Assembly (NCBI GenBank): GCA_964544105.1
Contig: CAZIZQ010000001.1
Coordinates: 1 to 62,758, forward strand
DNA: 62,758 bases
From: an uncultured Gammaproteobacteria bacterium
GTDB lineage: Bacteria > Patescibacteriota > Microgenomatia > Levybacterales > UBA12049
Reading direction: 5' to 3'
In this document: positions 1-9,968 of the stretch, piece by piece
How positions within the stretch are numbered: the stretch's first letter is position 1
Layout of the letters: the number at the start of each line of letters is the position of its first letter
Notes under the pieces: model-generated
What the model saw: only the letters and a program-made list of their open reading frames with translations
Told to the model about the DNA's origin: nothing
Databases searched by the model: none
Made by a program: the position numbers and the translations under genes

Positions 1-2
1 GG

Positions 3-572
3 CTTCTGGCTATGCTTCTTTTTACGCTGCGGGGTATGCCGTTTGTTTATTATGGCGATGAAATAGGCATGAAAAATGCAGATATTCCTATCAATAAACA
101 AAAGGATTTGGTTGGAAATCGTCTGGCCAGAAATCGTGATGGAGAAAGAACGCCCATGCAATGGAATAGCTCGGATTATGCCGGTTTTTCTATTGTTAAA
201 CCATGGTTGCCCGTGGGTAAAAAATACAAAGATGTAAATGTTAAGACAGAATTAAACGATTCCTTATCTATGCTTCATTTGTATCGTAAGCTTATTCATT
301 ACCGCGCACGCAATCATGTTCTTCTCTATGGTTCTTATCGCTCCTTAGATTTAGATAATAATCATGTATTTGCTTATTTACGTGAACTTGGTGATAAAAA
401 AGTTCTTGTTATATTAAATTTTTCCAAAGAGCAAGAATCCGCCTCTTTTCCTTATCAAAAGGCAAAGGTGATATATACTACAAACGGGGAAAGTTCTGGC
501 AAAATGATTGATATCAGCACAATAACACTGTCTCCATATCAAGGGCATGTCCTTAACCTCGAGGCATTTTGA
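3..572 (+). CDS. GH13 alpha-amylase-family enzyme, C-terminal part (alpha-glucosidase / trehalose-synthase-like); 5' end outside window
   Basis: The frame is open from the window edge. It contains the GH13-type FVYYGDEIGM block followed by a C-terminal beta-domain-like tail, with the stop at 570-572. Confidence 0.7.
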   Translation, partial: LLAMLLFTLRGMPFVYYGDEIGMKNADIPINKQKDLVGNRLARNRDGERTPMQWNSSDYAGFSIVKPWLPVGKKYKDVNVKTELNDSLSMLHLYRKLIHYRARNHVLLYGSYRSLDLDNNHVFAYLRELGDKKVLVILNFSKEQESASFPYQKAKVIYTTNGESSGKMIDISTITLSPYQGHVLNLEAF

Positions 573-604
573 CTAAAATTTAGTAAAGGAGTAAAATACA
601 CCAT

Positions 605-2839
605 ATGAAACAAATTTTTATAGCGCTTATTGTTATTGTTGCTGTTATAGCGCTTATTATTATAATTTTCACCATTAATCAGGTAAGCAGTGAAGACGAG
701 AGGCTTAAAAACGATATGGTTTATAGGTCTACTCTTCTTGCAGATAGCTTAAAAGAGACGATAGAGCCAAACTTTATTAATAAATCGGAAGCATCTTTGC
801 AAAATGTTGTTGATAGGTTTACAAATAAAGAAAGATTTGCAGGACTTGGAATTTACGATAATAAAGGTACTGCAATTTCCGTTTCTTCCACTATTCCCGA
901 GGCAACCTCGAGTGCTCAACAAATAGTAGCTGATGCTATGGATGAAGATAAAGCAAATGGTGATTTTACAACATTTGGAGGTAGAAAAGTGTATGCTCTG
1001 GCAGTGCCGATCCACGATGACAAAAGCGTGGTTGGAGCTTTGCTGGTGGTCCAAAATGCAGGATATATCGATGTCAGACTCCAAGAAATCTGGAAAAATA
1101 ATTTAGTGCGCTTTTTGTTGCAGGCATCACTTTTGTCTCTTGCAATGTTGCTTCTTATACGATGGATCATTTACGAACCGATTAAAAGTCTTGTTGAAAC
1201 ATTACGGCAGACACGTTTCGGAGGTATCCAAAATTCAAAGGGATTAAATAATTCATTCCTTTTTCGCCCGCTCCAGAGAGAAATTTCTCATATGCAACAG
1301 AATCTTATCCAGGCAAGACTTGCAGTAACCGAAGAAGCAAAAGCAAATCTTGAAAAACTGGATTCTCCCTGGACCGCGGAACGATTAAAGGAATTCGTTA
1401 AAGAGCTTTTAAGAGATCAAACAATTGTTGTTGTATCGAATAGAGAGCCATATGTGCATACAAAAGTAGGTGGAAAAATTATCCATTATATTCCGGCAAG
1501 TGGTATGGCAACGGCAATAGAACCGGTTATGCAGGCAACCGGTGGTATCTGGATTGCCAATGGGAATGGAGATGCCGACAAGCTTGTCGTGGATAAAAAT
1601 GATACCATACAAGTACCACCCGATGACCCTAAATATACCCTTAAAAGGGTATGGTTAACAGACGAGGAAGAAAATGGTTATTACAATGGTTTTTCCAATG
1701 AAGGTCTTTGGCCGCTTTTACATGTCGCGCATGTACGTCCTATTTTTCGAAAAGAAGATTGGGAGCAGTATAAAAGAGTAAACGGTAAATTTGCAGAGGT
1801 AGTTCTATCTGAAATAAAAAAACTTCACAAGCCTGTTGTTTTTATCCAAGATTTTCATTTTTCTTTGCTACCCAGAATGATTAAAAACAGCAGGCCCGAT
1901 GCAATTGTTGGTTTGTTTTGGCATATTCCGTGGGTAAGTCCTGAAGCCTTTAGTATTTGTCCCTGGAAGAAAGAAATTCTGGATGGCATGTTGGGAGCAG
2001 ATTTAATAGGTTTTCATACACAACAATACTGCAACAATTTTATTGAGACTGTCGGACACCAGTTAGAATCATTAATTGATCTAGAACAATTTACGGTAGC
2101 AAGAAATGATCATATATCTTTTATAAAACCATTCCCAATCAGTATTGCTTTTTCCAATAGTACAAAACCTCACTCTATTGAGAAAGAAGAAACAGAAGGA
2201 GCCAGAAAGATTTTAGAAAACCTAGGCATCGAGGCAAAATACATAGGTGTTGGCGTTGACAGGCTGGATTATACAAAAGGAATTCTGGAACGAATAAAAG
2301 CTGTTGAGCTTTTCCTTACCAAATATCCTGCTTATATTGGACAATTCACTTTTCTTCAGATTTCTCCTCCTTCAAAAAGAAAAACAAAAAAAGATCAGGA
2401 ATTTGCAATGCAGGTGGAAAAAGAGGTAGAACGGATCAATGAAATGTTTAAGGCAAAAAAATGGAAACCAATTGTGTTTATACAGAAGTTACATAGTCAT
2501 GAAGAGCTTAGTCATTATTACAAGCTTGCCAATTTTTGTTTGGTAACATCTTTACACGACGGTATGAATATTGTGTCAAAAGAATATGTAGCAGCTAGAA
2601 ACGACGAAAGTGGCGTTTTAATTATTAGTCAATTCGCTGGTGCGTCCAAAGAATTTAAAGATGCTCTGGTTGTTAATCCATATAATGGCGAACAGACCGC
2701 AGATGCTTTATATGCCGCTCTTATTATGTCTCCTATTGAACAAACGAAGCGAATGAGAAAACTGCGAAATTCGGTAAGAAATAATAATATTTATCGTTGG
2801 TCTGCAGAATTTTTAAAAACAATTGTAAGTTTGGGGTAG
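605..2839 (+). CDS. otsA: Trehalose-6-phosphate synthase (GT20) fused to an N-terminal TM/extracytoplasmic/TM/HAMP-like module
   Basis: 744-aa ORF with AGGAG 13 nt upstream. The C-terminal ~470 aa carry GT20 blocks (GFSNEGLWPLLH, IGFHTQ, VDRLDYTKG, TSLHDGMN). The N-terminal ~230 aa have two hydrophobic helices flanking a ~140-aa loop. Confidence 0.85.
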   Translation: MKQIFIALIVIVAVIALIIIIFTINQVSSEDERLKNDMVYRSTLLADSLKETIEPNFINKSEASLQNVVDRFTNKERFAGLGIYDNKGTAISVSSTIPEATSSAQQIVADAMDEDKANGDFTTFGGRKVYALAVPIHDDKSVVGALLVVQNAGYIDVRLQEIWKNNLVRFLLQASLLSLAMLLLIRWIIYEPIKSLVETLRQTRFGGIQNSKGLNNSFLFRPLQREISHMQQNLIQARLAVTEEAKANLEKLDSPWTAERLKEFVKELLRDQTIVVVSNREPYVHTKVGGKIIHYIPASGMATAIEPVMQATGGIWIANGNGDADKLVVDKNDTIQVPPDDPKYTLKRVWLTDEEENGYYNGFSNEGLWPLLHVAHVRPIFRKEDWEQYKRVNGKFAEVVLSEIKKLHKPVVFIQDFHFSLLPRMIKNSRPDAIVGLFWHIPWVSPEAFSICPWKKEILDGMLGADLIGFHTQQYCNNFIETVGHQLESLIDLEQFTVARNDHISFIKPFPISIAFSNSTKPHSIEKEETEGARKILENLGIEAKYIGVGVDRLDYTKGILERIKAVELFLTKYPAYIGQFTFLQISPPSKRKTKKDQEFAMQVEKEVERINEMFKAKKWKPIVFIQKLHSHEELSHYYKLANFCLVTSLHDGMNIVSKEYVAARNDESGVLIISQFAGASKEFKDALVVNPYNGEQTADALYAALIMSPIEQTKRMRKLRNSVRNNNIYRWSAEFLKTIVSLG

Positions 2840-2840
2840 T

Positions 2841-3632
2841 ATGCAATATTTTTGGGAACAATTAGAGTTTTTAGAACCAATTATTAGAAAAGCAAACAAA
2901 ATACATCTTTTTTTAGATTTCGACGGTACCCTTTCTCCGATTGTATCTGCTCCGGATAAGGCAAGATTGCCAAAACAGACAAAAAGAATACTTGGGAAAC
3001 TGCTTTTGGTAAATAATATACAGATGTCTGTAGTAAGTGGGCGTACTTTGGCAGATATTAAACAAAGGGTGAATACAAAAGGGATTATCTATGCTGGCAG
3101 CCATGGGATGGAATGGGAATACAAAGGACAGAGACATACAATCAAAGTTCCATCCAAAACATTCCACATATTACAACAGGTAAAACAAGCGCTACAAAAA
3201 ATCAGCCAAGATTTCCCGGGTACGATTGTAGAAGAAAAAATATTTTCGATAGTATTCCACTATAGGCAGGTTACTACAGACACCAAACAAACACTAAAAG
3301 AGATTCTTAAAAAGGCATTAGATAAATATATAAAAAAAGGAGACGTTGCTTTGCTATTGGAAAAGGAATCATACGAGCTTTGGGCAAATGTAGATTGGAC
3401 AAAAGGAGACCTTATAAACAAATTTAAAAGTTTATTTCCTAATACTGACACAATTATTTATATTGGAGACAGCACAACAGATGAAGGGGCCTTTAAAAAA
3501 CTTCGTAATGACATAACAATAAAAGTGGGAACACCACATAATTCAATGGCAAACTATTTTCTTAAAGACGAAAAAGATGTACAAAAATTTTTAAGCCGGC
3601 TTCTTTATATACTTACAAATAATAATGCATAA
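2841..3632 (+). CDS. otsB: Trehalose-6-phosphate phosphatase (HAD family)
   Basis: Has HAD motif I (FLDFDGTL) and a later GDSTTDE motif. It starts 2 nt after the otsA stop. Confidence 0.85.
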   Translation: MQYFWEQLEFLEPIIRKANKIHLFLDFDGTLSPIVSAPDKARLPKQTKRILGKLLLVNNIQMSVVSGRTLADIKQRVNTKGIIYAGSHGMEWEYKGQRHTIKVPSKTFHILQQVKQALQKISQDFPGTIVEEKIFSIVFHYRQVTTDTKQTLKEILKKALDKYIKKGDVALLLEKESYELWANVDWTKGDLINKFKSLFPNTDTIIYIGDSTTDEGAFKKLRNDITIKVGTPHNSMANYFLKDEKDVQKFLSRLLYILTNNNA

Positions 3633-3662
3633 GCAGTTGTAATTGCTGTATAATATATCAAT

Positions 3663-5792
3663 ATGGGACGGCGAAGGCATGCTTTAAGAGGAAGAAGGCG
3701 TAGATTTCCTAAGTTTAAGCTCCGAAAAGAAACAGTATACACTATTTTTGGATTCGGCCTTTTTCTGATTGGGATTTTATCGTTACTGTCGTTTGTCAAA
3801 AGCGAGGGAGTTTTTGCCACACTCCATGAAACACTAGTGTATTATTTTGGTTGGGTAGCCATACTTACCCCATTGTTGTTCTTTTTTTTCTCCCTGTTAC
3901 TTCTTCGTTTCAGAATGTTTTTATCCAGGCCAAATGTGGCAATCGGTTTTTGTCTATTTTTTGTTGCATTAGGTGCGCTTACTAGGACAGGAGTTTTTGG
4001 CATATCTCTTTTTTCAATGGTGGCCGAAGTGCTTACAGATTTAGGTGCAATGTTGGTGTTTCTTATAGGTATTGGTGTTGGGATTGTTGTTTTCTTTGAT
4101 ACAACAATAGATGAACTTGGAAAAGGTGCAATTGCAGTTATGAATGCGTTTCGGCGAATAATTCCCAAAAACGCCATTTCGTTTTTTAAGACCAGTAATC
4201 AGCCTCTTGTTGTTAGGAATAAGCCCATGGAAATTAAAGGAGGAGGAAAAGAAATATCGCAATCAATGCCCAAAGATAATGCTTCACAACCTCTAGTTAA
4301 AAAAGAATCTATGATGCTTGCAGATCAGTTAGTTACCAATACAGTCTTAAAAGATGGTATCTGGGAATATCCATCTTTGTCGATTCTTTCCGATGGTCCA
4401 GGCCAAAAGGCAGATACAGGTGACGTAAAAAAGATTGCCACAGTTATCGAAAAAACTCTGCAGAGTTTTGGTATTGGCGCCCGGGTTGTCGAGGTAAATG
4501 TTGGGCCGGCAGTTACCCAGTATGCCCTAGAAATTGCTCTTGGGACAAAGGTATCAAAAATCACATCGTTATCAAATGATTTAGCCCTTGCCACCGAAGC
4601 GCCAACAGGCCAAATTCGTATCGAAGCGCCTATTCCCGGACGAAACCTTGTTGGTATAGAAATTCCTAATAGGTCACTTCAGGTTGTAACCATAAAAACT
4701 ATGCTTTCGTCCCAGATTATGCAAAAGAGCAAGTCAAAACTGACCGTTGCGCTTGGACTGGACGTGTCGGGTAATCCAGTTGTGGCCAATATTGCCAAAA
4801 TGCCCCACATACTTATTGCTGGCACCACCGGGTCCGGAAAGTCGGTCATGATGAATACGTTTATCACCTCTCTTTTATTCCGCGCATCACCGAATGAGGT
4901 AAAATTTATCTTGGTCGATCCAAAACGGGTCGAGCTGACTGGTTATAATGGCATTCCTCATTTGCTTACTCCGGTTATTGTTGAGGTAGAAAAAATTCTT
5001 TCATCCTTACGGTGGGCAATGGGAGAAATGGATAGGCGGTACAAGCTCTTTGCAGAGCGGGGTGTAAGAAATATCGATGCGTATAACGAAATGTCCGGTT
5101 TTCAGGCTATTCCCTATATTGTTATTCTTGTTGACGAATTGGCAGATTTAATGGCCTATGCGCCTGTTGAAGTAGAAGATTCCATTGCCCGTCTTGCCCA
5201 AATGGCCCGAGCAACCGGTATTCACCTGGTTGTGGCAACACAGCGTCCATCGGTCGATGTTATTACAGGACTTATTAAAGCAAATATTCCAACCCGTATT
5301 GCCTTTAATGTGTCTTCCATGATAGATTCTCGTGTTATTATTGACACACCGGGAGCAGAAAAACTTCTTGGCCGGGGAGACATGTTGTATATCCCGCCGG
5401 ATCAGGCCAAGCCGACTCGTATTCAAGGAACGTTTGTTTCAGACAAAGAAGTAAAGAAATTGGTAGAGTATTTACGGGCAAAATCTCCTGTGGTTGAGTA
5501 TTCGGAAGAGGTTGTTTTGCAGGTATTGCCATTAAAAAAAGGTAGTGCTTCAGGTGGTGGTACAGATGGGAAAGATACATTTTTTGAAGAAGCAGTGCGT
5601 ACTGTTTGTCAGCATGACCGGGCGTCGGCATCGCTCTTACAGCGTCGATTGTCGGTTGGGTATGCAAGAGCAGCTAGGATACTGGATCAACTCGAGGCTG
5701 CCGGTGTTGTTGGTCATGGGGAGGGGTCAAAACCAAGGGATGTATTGGTAAAAAATGCAGAAGAATTTATCGCAAGCCTACACGAGTCATAA
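3663..5792 (+). CDS. ftsK: DNA translocase FtsK/SpoIIIE
   Basis: N-terminal membrane helices, Walker A (GTTGSGKS), the VDELADL and ATQRPS blocks, and a C-terminal gamma wHTH (LLQRRLSVGYARAARILDQLE). Confidence 0.93.
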   Translation: MGRRRHALRGRRRRFPKFKLRKETVYTIFGFGLFLIGILSLLSFVKSEGVFATLHETLVYYFGWVAILTPLLFFFFSLLLLRFRMFLSRPNVAIGFCLFFVALGALTRTGVFGISLFSMVAEVLTDLGAMLVFLIGIGVGIVVFFDTTIDELGKGAIAVMNAFRRIIPKNAISFFKTSNQPLVVRNKPMEIKGGGKEISQSMPKDNASQPLVKKESMMLADQLVTNTVLKDGIWEYPSLSILSDGPGQKADTGDVKKIATVIEKTLQSFGIGARVVEVNVGPAVTQYALEIALGTKVSKITSLSNDLALATEAPTGQIRIEAPIPGRNLVGIEIPNRSLQVVTIKTMLSSQIMQKSKSKLTVALGLDVSGNPVVANIAKMPHILIAGTTGSGKSVMMNTFITSLLFRASPNEVKFILVDPKRVELTGYNGIPHLLTPVIVEVEKILSSLRWAMGEMDRRYKLFAERGVRNIDAYNEMSGFQAIPYIVILVDELADLMAYAPVEVEDSIARLAQMARATGIHLVVATQRPSVDVITGLIKANIPTRIAFNVSSMIDSRVIIDTPGAEKLLGRGDMLYIPPDQAKPTRIQGTFVSDKEVKKLVEYLRAKSPVVEYSEEVVLQVLPLKKGSASGGGTDGKDTFFEEAVRTVCQHDRASASLLQRRLSVGYARAARILDQLEAAGVVGHGEGSKPRDVLVKNAEEFIASLHES

Positions 5793-6430
5793 TGATACGG
5801 GTTGGACAAAAGTTAAAAGAGGAGCGTCTTCGTAAGGGATTGGCGCTGGAAGACGTCGCAAAAGCTACAAAAATAAAAGTGGCTTTTTTGCAAGCAATAG
5901 AAAAAGGTGAATATAAAAAGCTTCATTCAAGTGCTTATGCTCACGGATTTGTAAAAAACTATGGAGAATTCCTAGGTTTATCTTCTAAAGAAACACTGGC
6001 AATATTTCGTCGGGAATTTGATGAAAAGAAAGTCTATAAAGTTTTGCCAGTTGGTTTTTCAGAAAGAGAAATTTCTATTGTAAAAAGATTTCCTATACAG
6101 AGGACCCTGCTTATAGGAGGATTATTTTTTATTTGTCTTTTGGGTTATATACTTTTTCAGTATAGGTATGCTTTTATGAGCCCGACATTGACTGTGCTTG
6201 TGCCAAAAGAAAATCAGGTTTTTTCAGAAAAACTCATTCCTGTATCAGGGACAACAGATCTTAATGCTACAGTATATGTAAATACAATTTCTGTGCTTGT
6301 TGATGAAAACGGAGAATTTAAAAAAACCATTAGTGTTTTTCCCGGTAAAGAAACAATTATTATTCGCGCAATCAGTCGATTTGGAAAGGAAACTGTTGTA
6401 GAGCGGCATATTCAAGTAAACGAGCAATAA
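5792..6430 (+). CDS. RodZ-like HTH membrane protein
   Basis: N-terminal XRE-type HTH followed by a HGFVKNYGEFLGL-type block, one TM helix and a beta-rich C-terminus. Confidence 0.65.
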   Translation: MIRVGQKLKEERLRKGLALEDVAKATKIKVAFLQAIEKGEYKKLHSSAYAHGFVKNYGEFLGLSSKETLAIFRREFDEKKVYKVLPVGFSEREISIVKRFPIQRTLLIGGLFFICLLGYILFQYRYAFMSPTLTVLVPKENQVFSEKLIPVSGTTDLNATVYVNTISVLVDENGEFKKTISVFPGKETIIIRAISRFGKETVVERHIQVNEQ

Positions 6431-6474
6431 TCTTTGATCTTGACACAAGCTTTTGGTTTAGATACCATTGTTTT

Positions 6475-6741
6475 ATGATTGATTCTGCCCAAGGGGTATT
6501 ATTTTTTGTTCTTTTTGTGTTAACTGTTTTAGTGTTGGTACTTGGCGTACAGGTATTTTTTATCCTGCGGGAGCTTCGTCAAACAGTCATAAAAGCAAAC
6601 AAAGTGCTGGACGACGCGGGTGTTATTACCAAAAGCGTATCGGGTCCGGTTTCCAGTCTTTCAAGTTTGGCAACTGGCGTCAAAACCGGCGCATTTATTG
6701 CAGGGCTACTGAAAAGAAAAAAGGAGAAAAGCGATGAGTGA
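6475..6741 (+). CDS. Small membrane protein (DUF948-like)
   Basis: 88-aa ORF with an N-terminal TM helix and a helical tail. It overlaps the next ORF by 8 nt. Confidence 0.5.
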   Translation: MIDSAQGVLFFVLFVLTVLVLVLGVQVFFILRELRQTVIKANKVLDDAGVITKSVSGPVSSLSSLATGVKTGAFIAGLLKRKKEKSDE

Positions 6742-7036
6742 TAATAATTCTCAGCAGGGAGGTAAATTTTTACCTGGTTTTCTTTTTGGGACAATTCTGG
6801 GAGGAGGAATTGTATATCTACTTGGAACAAAAAAAGGAAAAAAAATACTCCAGACTATAACAGAAGAAGGTTTGGAAGGTATCAGTACTATAGAAGATTT
6901 GGTTGAAGAAGTAGCAGAAGAATATGACGAGCCCGAGGTTTTGCCTGTTGTTTCAAAAGATTTAAAAAAAGAAGAGGTGGTTGAAGAAAAACCATCAGGA
7001 GTAAAACGTTTCTTCAAAGGTACTCGTAAAAAATAA
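6734..7036 (+). CDS. YtxH-like small membrane protein
   Basis: Gly-rich TM segment (FLFGTILGGGIVYLLGTKKGKK) followed by an acidic tail. Confidence 0.5.
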   Translation: MSDNNSQQGGKFLPGFLFGTILGGGIVYLLGTKKGKKILQTITEEGLEGISTIEDLVEEVAEEYDEPEVLPVVSKDLKKEEVVEEKPSGVKRFFKGTRKK

Positions 7037-7043
7037 TCCTCAA

Positions 7044-7712
7044 TTATTGTAGTGTAATATGGATTCGGGATTGGACAAGGTTTGTTAGTCCTTTTAGTTG
7101 CGTTTTTATTTGTACCTGGTATATTTTTTGTCCAATATCGTAGATAATAGGCTGTGAAACCAGGTACGCAGATGTTTCCCCTTTTGTTGTAACTTCAGAA
7201 TACCACACAGGATGTTTATCAGTAATGTTCCAAAGCCTTACCCATACTAATTGGCTGGATGATGGAACAGTAACAGATGTTTCAAAACGAATTTCTTTTA
7301 TATTTTTGTATTGTCCAAAATCAGCCGAAGTTTCTGTCCCTGCAACATTTTCCCATTCATCAGATTTGCTTGTCCCTGTACCCATAGGAATGAAATATTC
7401 TTTCACAAGTGGTGAATCTGTATTTTGTGTTTGGATTATTGTTTCTTTAGGTAGTGTTGGTTGGGGCTGATAAAATTGAGTTTGTGTAGAAGTAGGTTGT
7501 GGTGAAAGAAAGGGCGAAGGCGTAACAACTGATAATTGTTCGATGGTTCTTTTTTGCTCGGCTTTGTTTTTTCCTAGGTTGTAGGTAAGGTATAAGGTAT
7601 TTAAAAACAAAAGAATAATAATTACACCAAAAACCAACAAAGAGAGTTGCATGATTTTTTCATCCTGTTGAAGGCGCAGGCGCAAAAACCGATCTCCAAT
7701 TATACGTAGCAT
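7044..7712 (-). CDS. Hypothetical membrane-anchored / secreted protein
   Basis: ORF with one TM helix, a Pro/Thr/Gln linker and a beta-rich domain. The start is uncertain (ATG at 7712 or 7652). Confidence 0.5.
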   Translation of the reverse strand: MLRIIGDRFLRLRLQQDEKIMQLSLLVFGVIIILLFLNTLYLTYNLGKNKAEQKRTIEQLSVVTPSPFLSPQPTSTQTQFYQPQPTLPKETIIQTQNTDSPLVKEYFIPMGTGTSKSDEWENVAGTETSADFGQYKNIKEIRFETSVTVPSSSQLVWVRLWNITDKHPVWYSEVTTKGETSAYLVSQPIIYDIGQKIYQVQIKTQLKGLTNLVQSRIHITLQ

Positions 7713-7721
7713 ATATCTATT

Positions 7722-8678
7722 TTAGGGTAAACCGTATTTTGCAATGTTTGCGTGGTGTTCTTCAAGAGTCTTCCCGTAATGATTTACCCCATTTTTATCA
7801 GAAATATAGTATAGATAATTAGTTTTTGCCGGGTTTGCAGCTGCATTAAGCGCGGCAAGTCCCGGGTTAGCAATAGGGGTAGGGGGAAGACCAGCATTTC
7901 TATAGGTATTGTAGGGAGAAGCAAGATCGATGTCTTCTCTTGTTAATGCTTTTTTCCACCATGATTTTTCGTTTGGCTCATACCCAAGTGCGTATTGGAT
8001 AGTTGCATCTATATCAAGTTTCATGCCAATACGGAGTCTGTTAGTAATAACAGATGCCACAAGTGGCCTATCTACTTCGTGTTTTGCTTCTCTTTCGATA
8101 AGCGAGGCAATGGTAACCAGTTGATTTTTGGAAACTTTTTGAGATATTGTTAATTGCTGATATTTTTTTTCAAACGTGTCTTTCATAACTTGTATAATAA
8201 TAGAAATATCTGTGTCTTTTGGAAATAGATATGTATCAGGGAATAAATAACCTTCGTTCGCGACAAGTTCTTTTCTCCATTCTTCATTATATGTTGGGAG
8301 TGATTTTTGTAGGATATCGGCAATTTCTTCTGCCCGTTTTCCTTCCGGAATTGTTACCCAGATATCAAGTGTTCCGTGAGTAAGATTTTCTGCAATTTCC
8401 AGTGCAGTCATCGATTTAGATAATCTAAAATCCCCTGCCTGTATTTTTGAATCAAGTCCTTCTTTTTTTATTAATAAGAAAAAAACTACAGGAGACCGAA
8501 TTAATTTTTCTGCTTTTAATTTATTTGCAATTTCTTTAATACCTGCCCCCTTTTCAATCACAAAAATAATTTTTGTTGTATCTGTTGGATTTACCGCTCT
8601 TGTCCCATTTTTCCACCAGATAAATATTCCTATAAGAGAAAAACAAAGTATTACTAAAAACACATATAATCTTTTCAT
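7722..8678 (-). CDS. mltG: Endolytic murein transglycosylase MltG (YceG family)
   Basis: N-terminal TM helix plus YceG blocks (GYLFPDTY, ASLIEREA, SPYNTYRNAGLPPTPIANPG). Confidence 0.9.
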   Translation of the reverse strand: MKRLYVFLVILCFSLIGIFIWWKNGTRAVNPTDTTKIIFVIEKGAGIKEIANKLKAEKLIRSPVVFFLLIKKEGLDSKIQAGDFRLSKSMTALEIAENLTHGTLDIWVTIPEGKRAEEIADILQKSLPTYNEEWRKELVANEGYLFPDTYLFPKDTDISIIIQVMKDTFEKKYQQLTISQKVSKNQLVTIASLIEREAKHEVDRPLVASVITNRLRIGMKLDIDATIQYALGYEPNEKSWWKKALTREDIDLASPYNTYRNAGLPPTPIANPGLAALNAAANPAKTNYLYYISDKNGVNHYGKTLEEHHANIAKYGLP

Positions 8679-8684
8679 AAGTTA

Positions 8685-9959
8685 TTAAAATGAAAGGATT
8701 GGAAATTGAGAAAGCGACTCTTTTGCTTCTTTGAGATTATACATGGTTTCAGCATATATGGTATAGAGGATATCTCCTTTTTCGATTTTATCACCCTTTT
8801 TTTTATGAAAAAATATGCCGGTCCCCTTTTGCATAGGAGAGCCTAATATTTTGGCAATAATAGTAACATTTTTACTGTTAATCTCGGCAATTTTTTTATG
8901 AGTTTGCGCTTTTATGCTGTACGAGTAATTTCCTGGACGGAGCGTATCGCTAGTGGTATGGGGATTTCCTCCTTGGGCAGCAATAATTTCCTGCATTTTT
9001 CGTAATGCTCCCCCGCTTTGCAAAATATCTTCTGCCCACTTTGCGCAATTGCCATATTTATTTTTTATTTCATCTCTTTTTTGTTGTAAAGAATCCTGCA
9101 GGCATAGCTCCAGAAGGTTACTGGCAAGATGAAGACTCTTTTTTTCCAAAGCCAATGATCTTTCTGGCTTTTGTTCTAGAATAAGCAAGGCATCCCGCGC
9201 TTCGAGAATCGGCCCGATGCCATTTCCTGCTGGTTCTCCAACTGGATCAATAAGCACCCGAATTTTTATATTGAACCTTTTTGCGATTGCTTCAAATTTT
9301 TTCTTTAACACCTCTGCATCGCTGATTCTGTGCACCTTTGCTGTTTTTCCGTATGGCAAGTCAATTACAACATGAGTTGAGCCAAAGGCAATTTTTTTTG
9401 CAATTATTGAAATAATAATTTTATCGTAGCTTTCAAATAGCAGCGGCGCTTCTACTTTTATAAGTATGTCGTCAGCCGGGGCAATATGGAAGCTTCCTCC
9501 CCAAACAATACAGCCATTTGTTTTTTTGACAATCTCATAAATTTTTTTCTTGGAGAAAATAACTTGGGCCAAAATTTCCATGGTGTCTGCTGTGCCGCTG
9601 GGGGTGGTAATGGCTCTGGAGGAACTTTTGGGGATAGTAAATCCGGCAGAGGCAATGATTGGTGTAACAATTAAGGTTGTGCGAGACCCAGGCATGCCAC
9701 CAATTGAATGTTTGTCTGCAACGATGCCTGGAAATGTTAGTCTTTCGCCTGTCTCCACCATTGCTTTTGTGAGGTAATAGATTTCTTCATTAGTAAATCC
9801 TTTGGCATATCCGGATGCAGCAAAATAGGTGGTTAAAATATTGCCCAGCCGGTCATGAGCAATTTCGTCCATAATGGCAAAGACCTCTTCGTAGGTAAGT
9901 TTTTTTCCAACCAGTTTTTTTCTAATTGCCTCGATTGCTATCTCTTTTTCGTCAGTCAT
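8685..9959 (-). CDS. Thymidine-phosphorylase-family enzyme, archaeal AMP-phosphorylase-like
   Basis: KHSIGGMPG and SSRAITTPSGTADTME blocks. From memory these resemble archaeal AMP phosphorylase rather than the bacterial TP block SGRGLGHTGGTLDKLE. A PYNP C-terminal domain is present. Confidence 0.65.
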   Translation of the reverse strand: MTDEKEIAIEAIRKKLVGKKLTYEEVFAIMDEIAHDRLGNILTTYFAASGYAKGFTNEEIYYLTKAMVETGERLTFPGIVADKHSIGGMPGSRTTLIVTPIIASAGFTIPKSSSRAITTPSGTADTMEILAQVIFSKKKIYEIVKKTNGCIVWGGSFHIAPADDILIKVEAPLLFESYDKIIISIIAKKIAFGSTHVVIDLPYGKTAKVHRISDAEVLKKKFEAIAKRFNIKIRVLIDPVGEPAGNGIGPILEARDALLILEQKPERSLALEKKSLHLASNLLELCLQDSLQQKRDEIKNKYGNCAKWAEDILQSGGALRKMQEIIAAQGGNPHTTSDTLRPGNYSYSIKAQTHKKIAEINSKNVTIIAKILGSPMQKGTGIFFHKKKGDKIEKGDILYTIYAETMYNLKEAKESLSQFPILSF

Positions 9960-9968
9960 ATAAATTTC

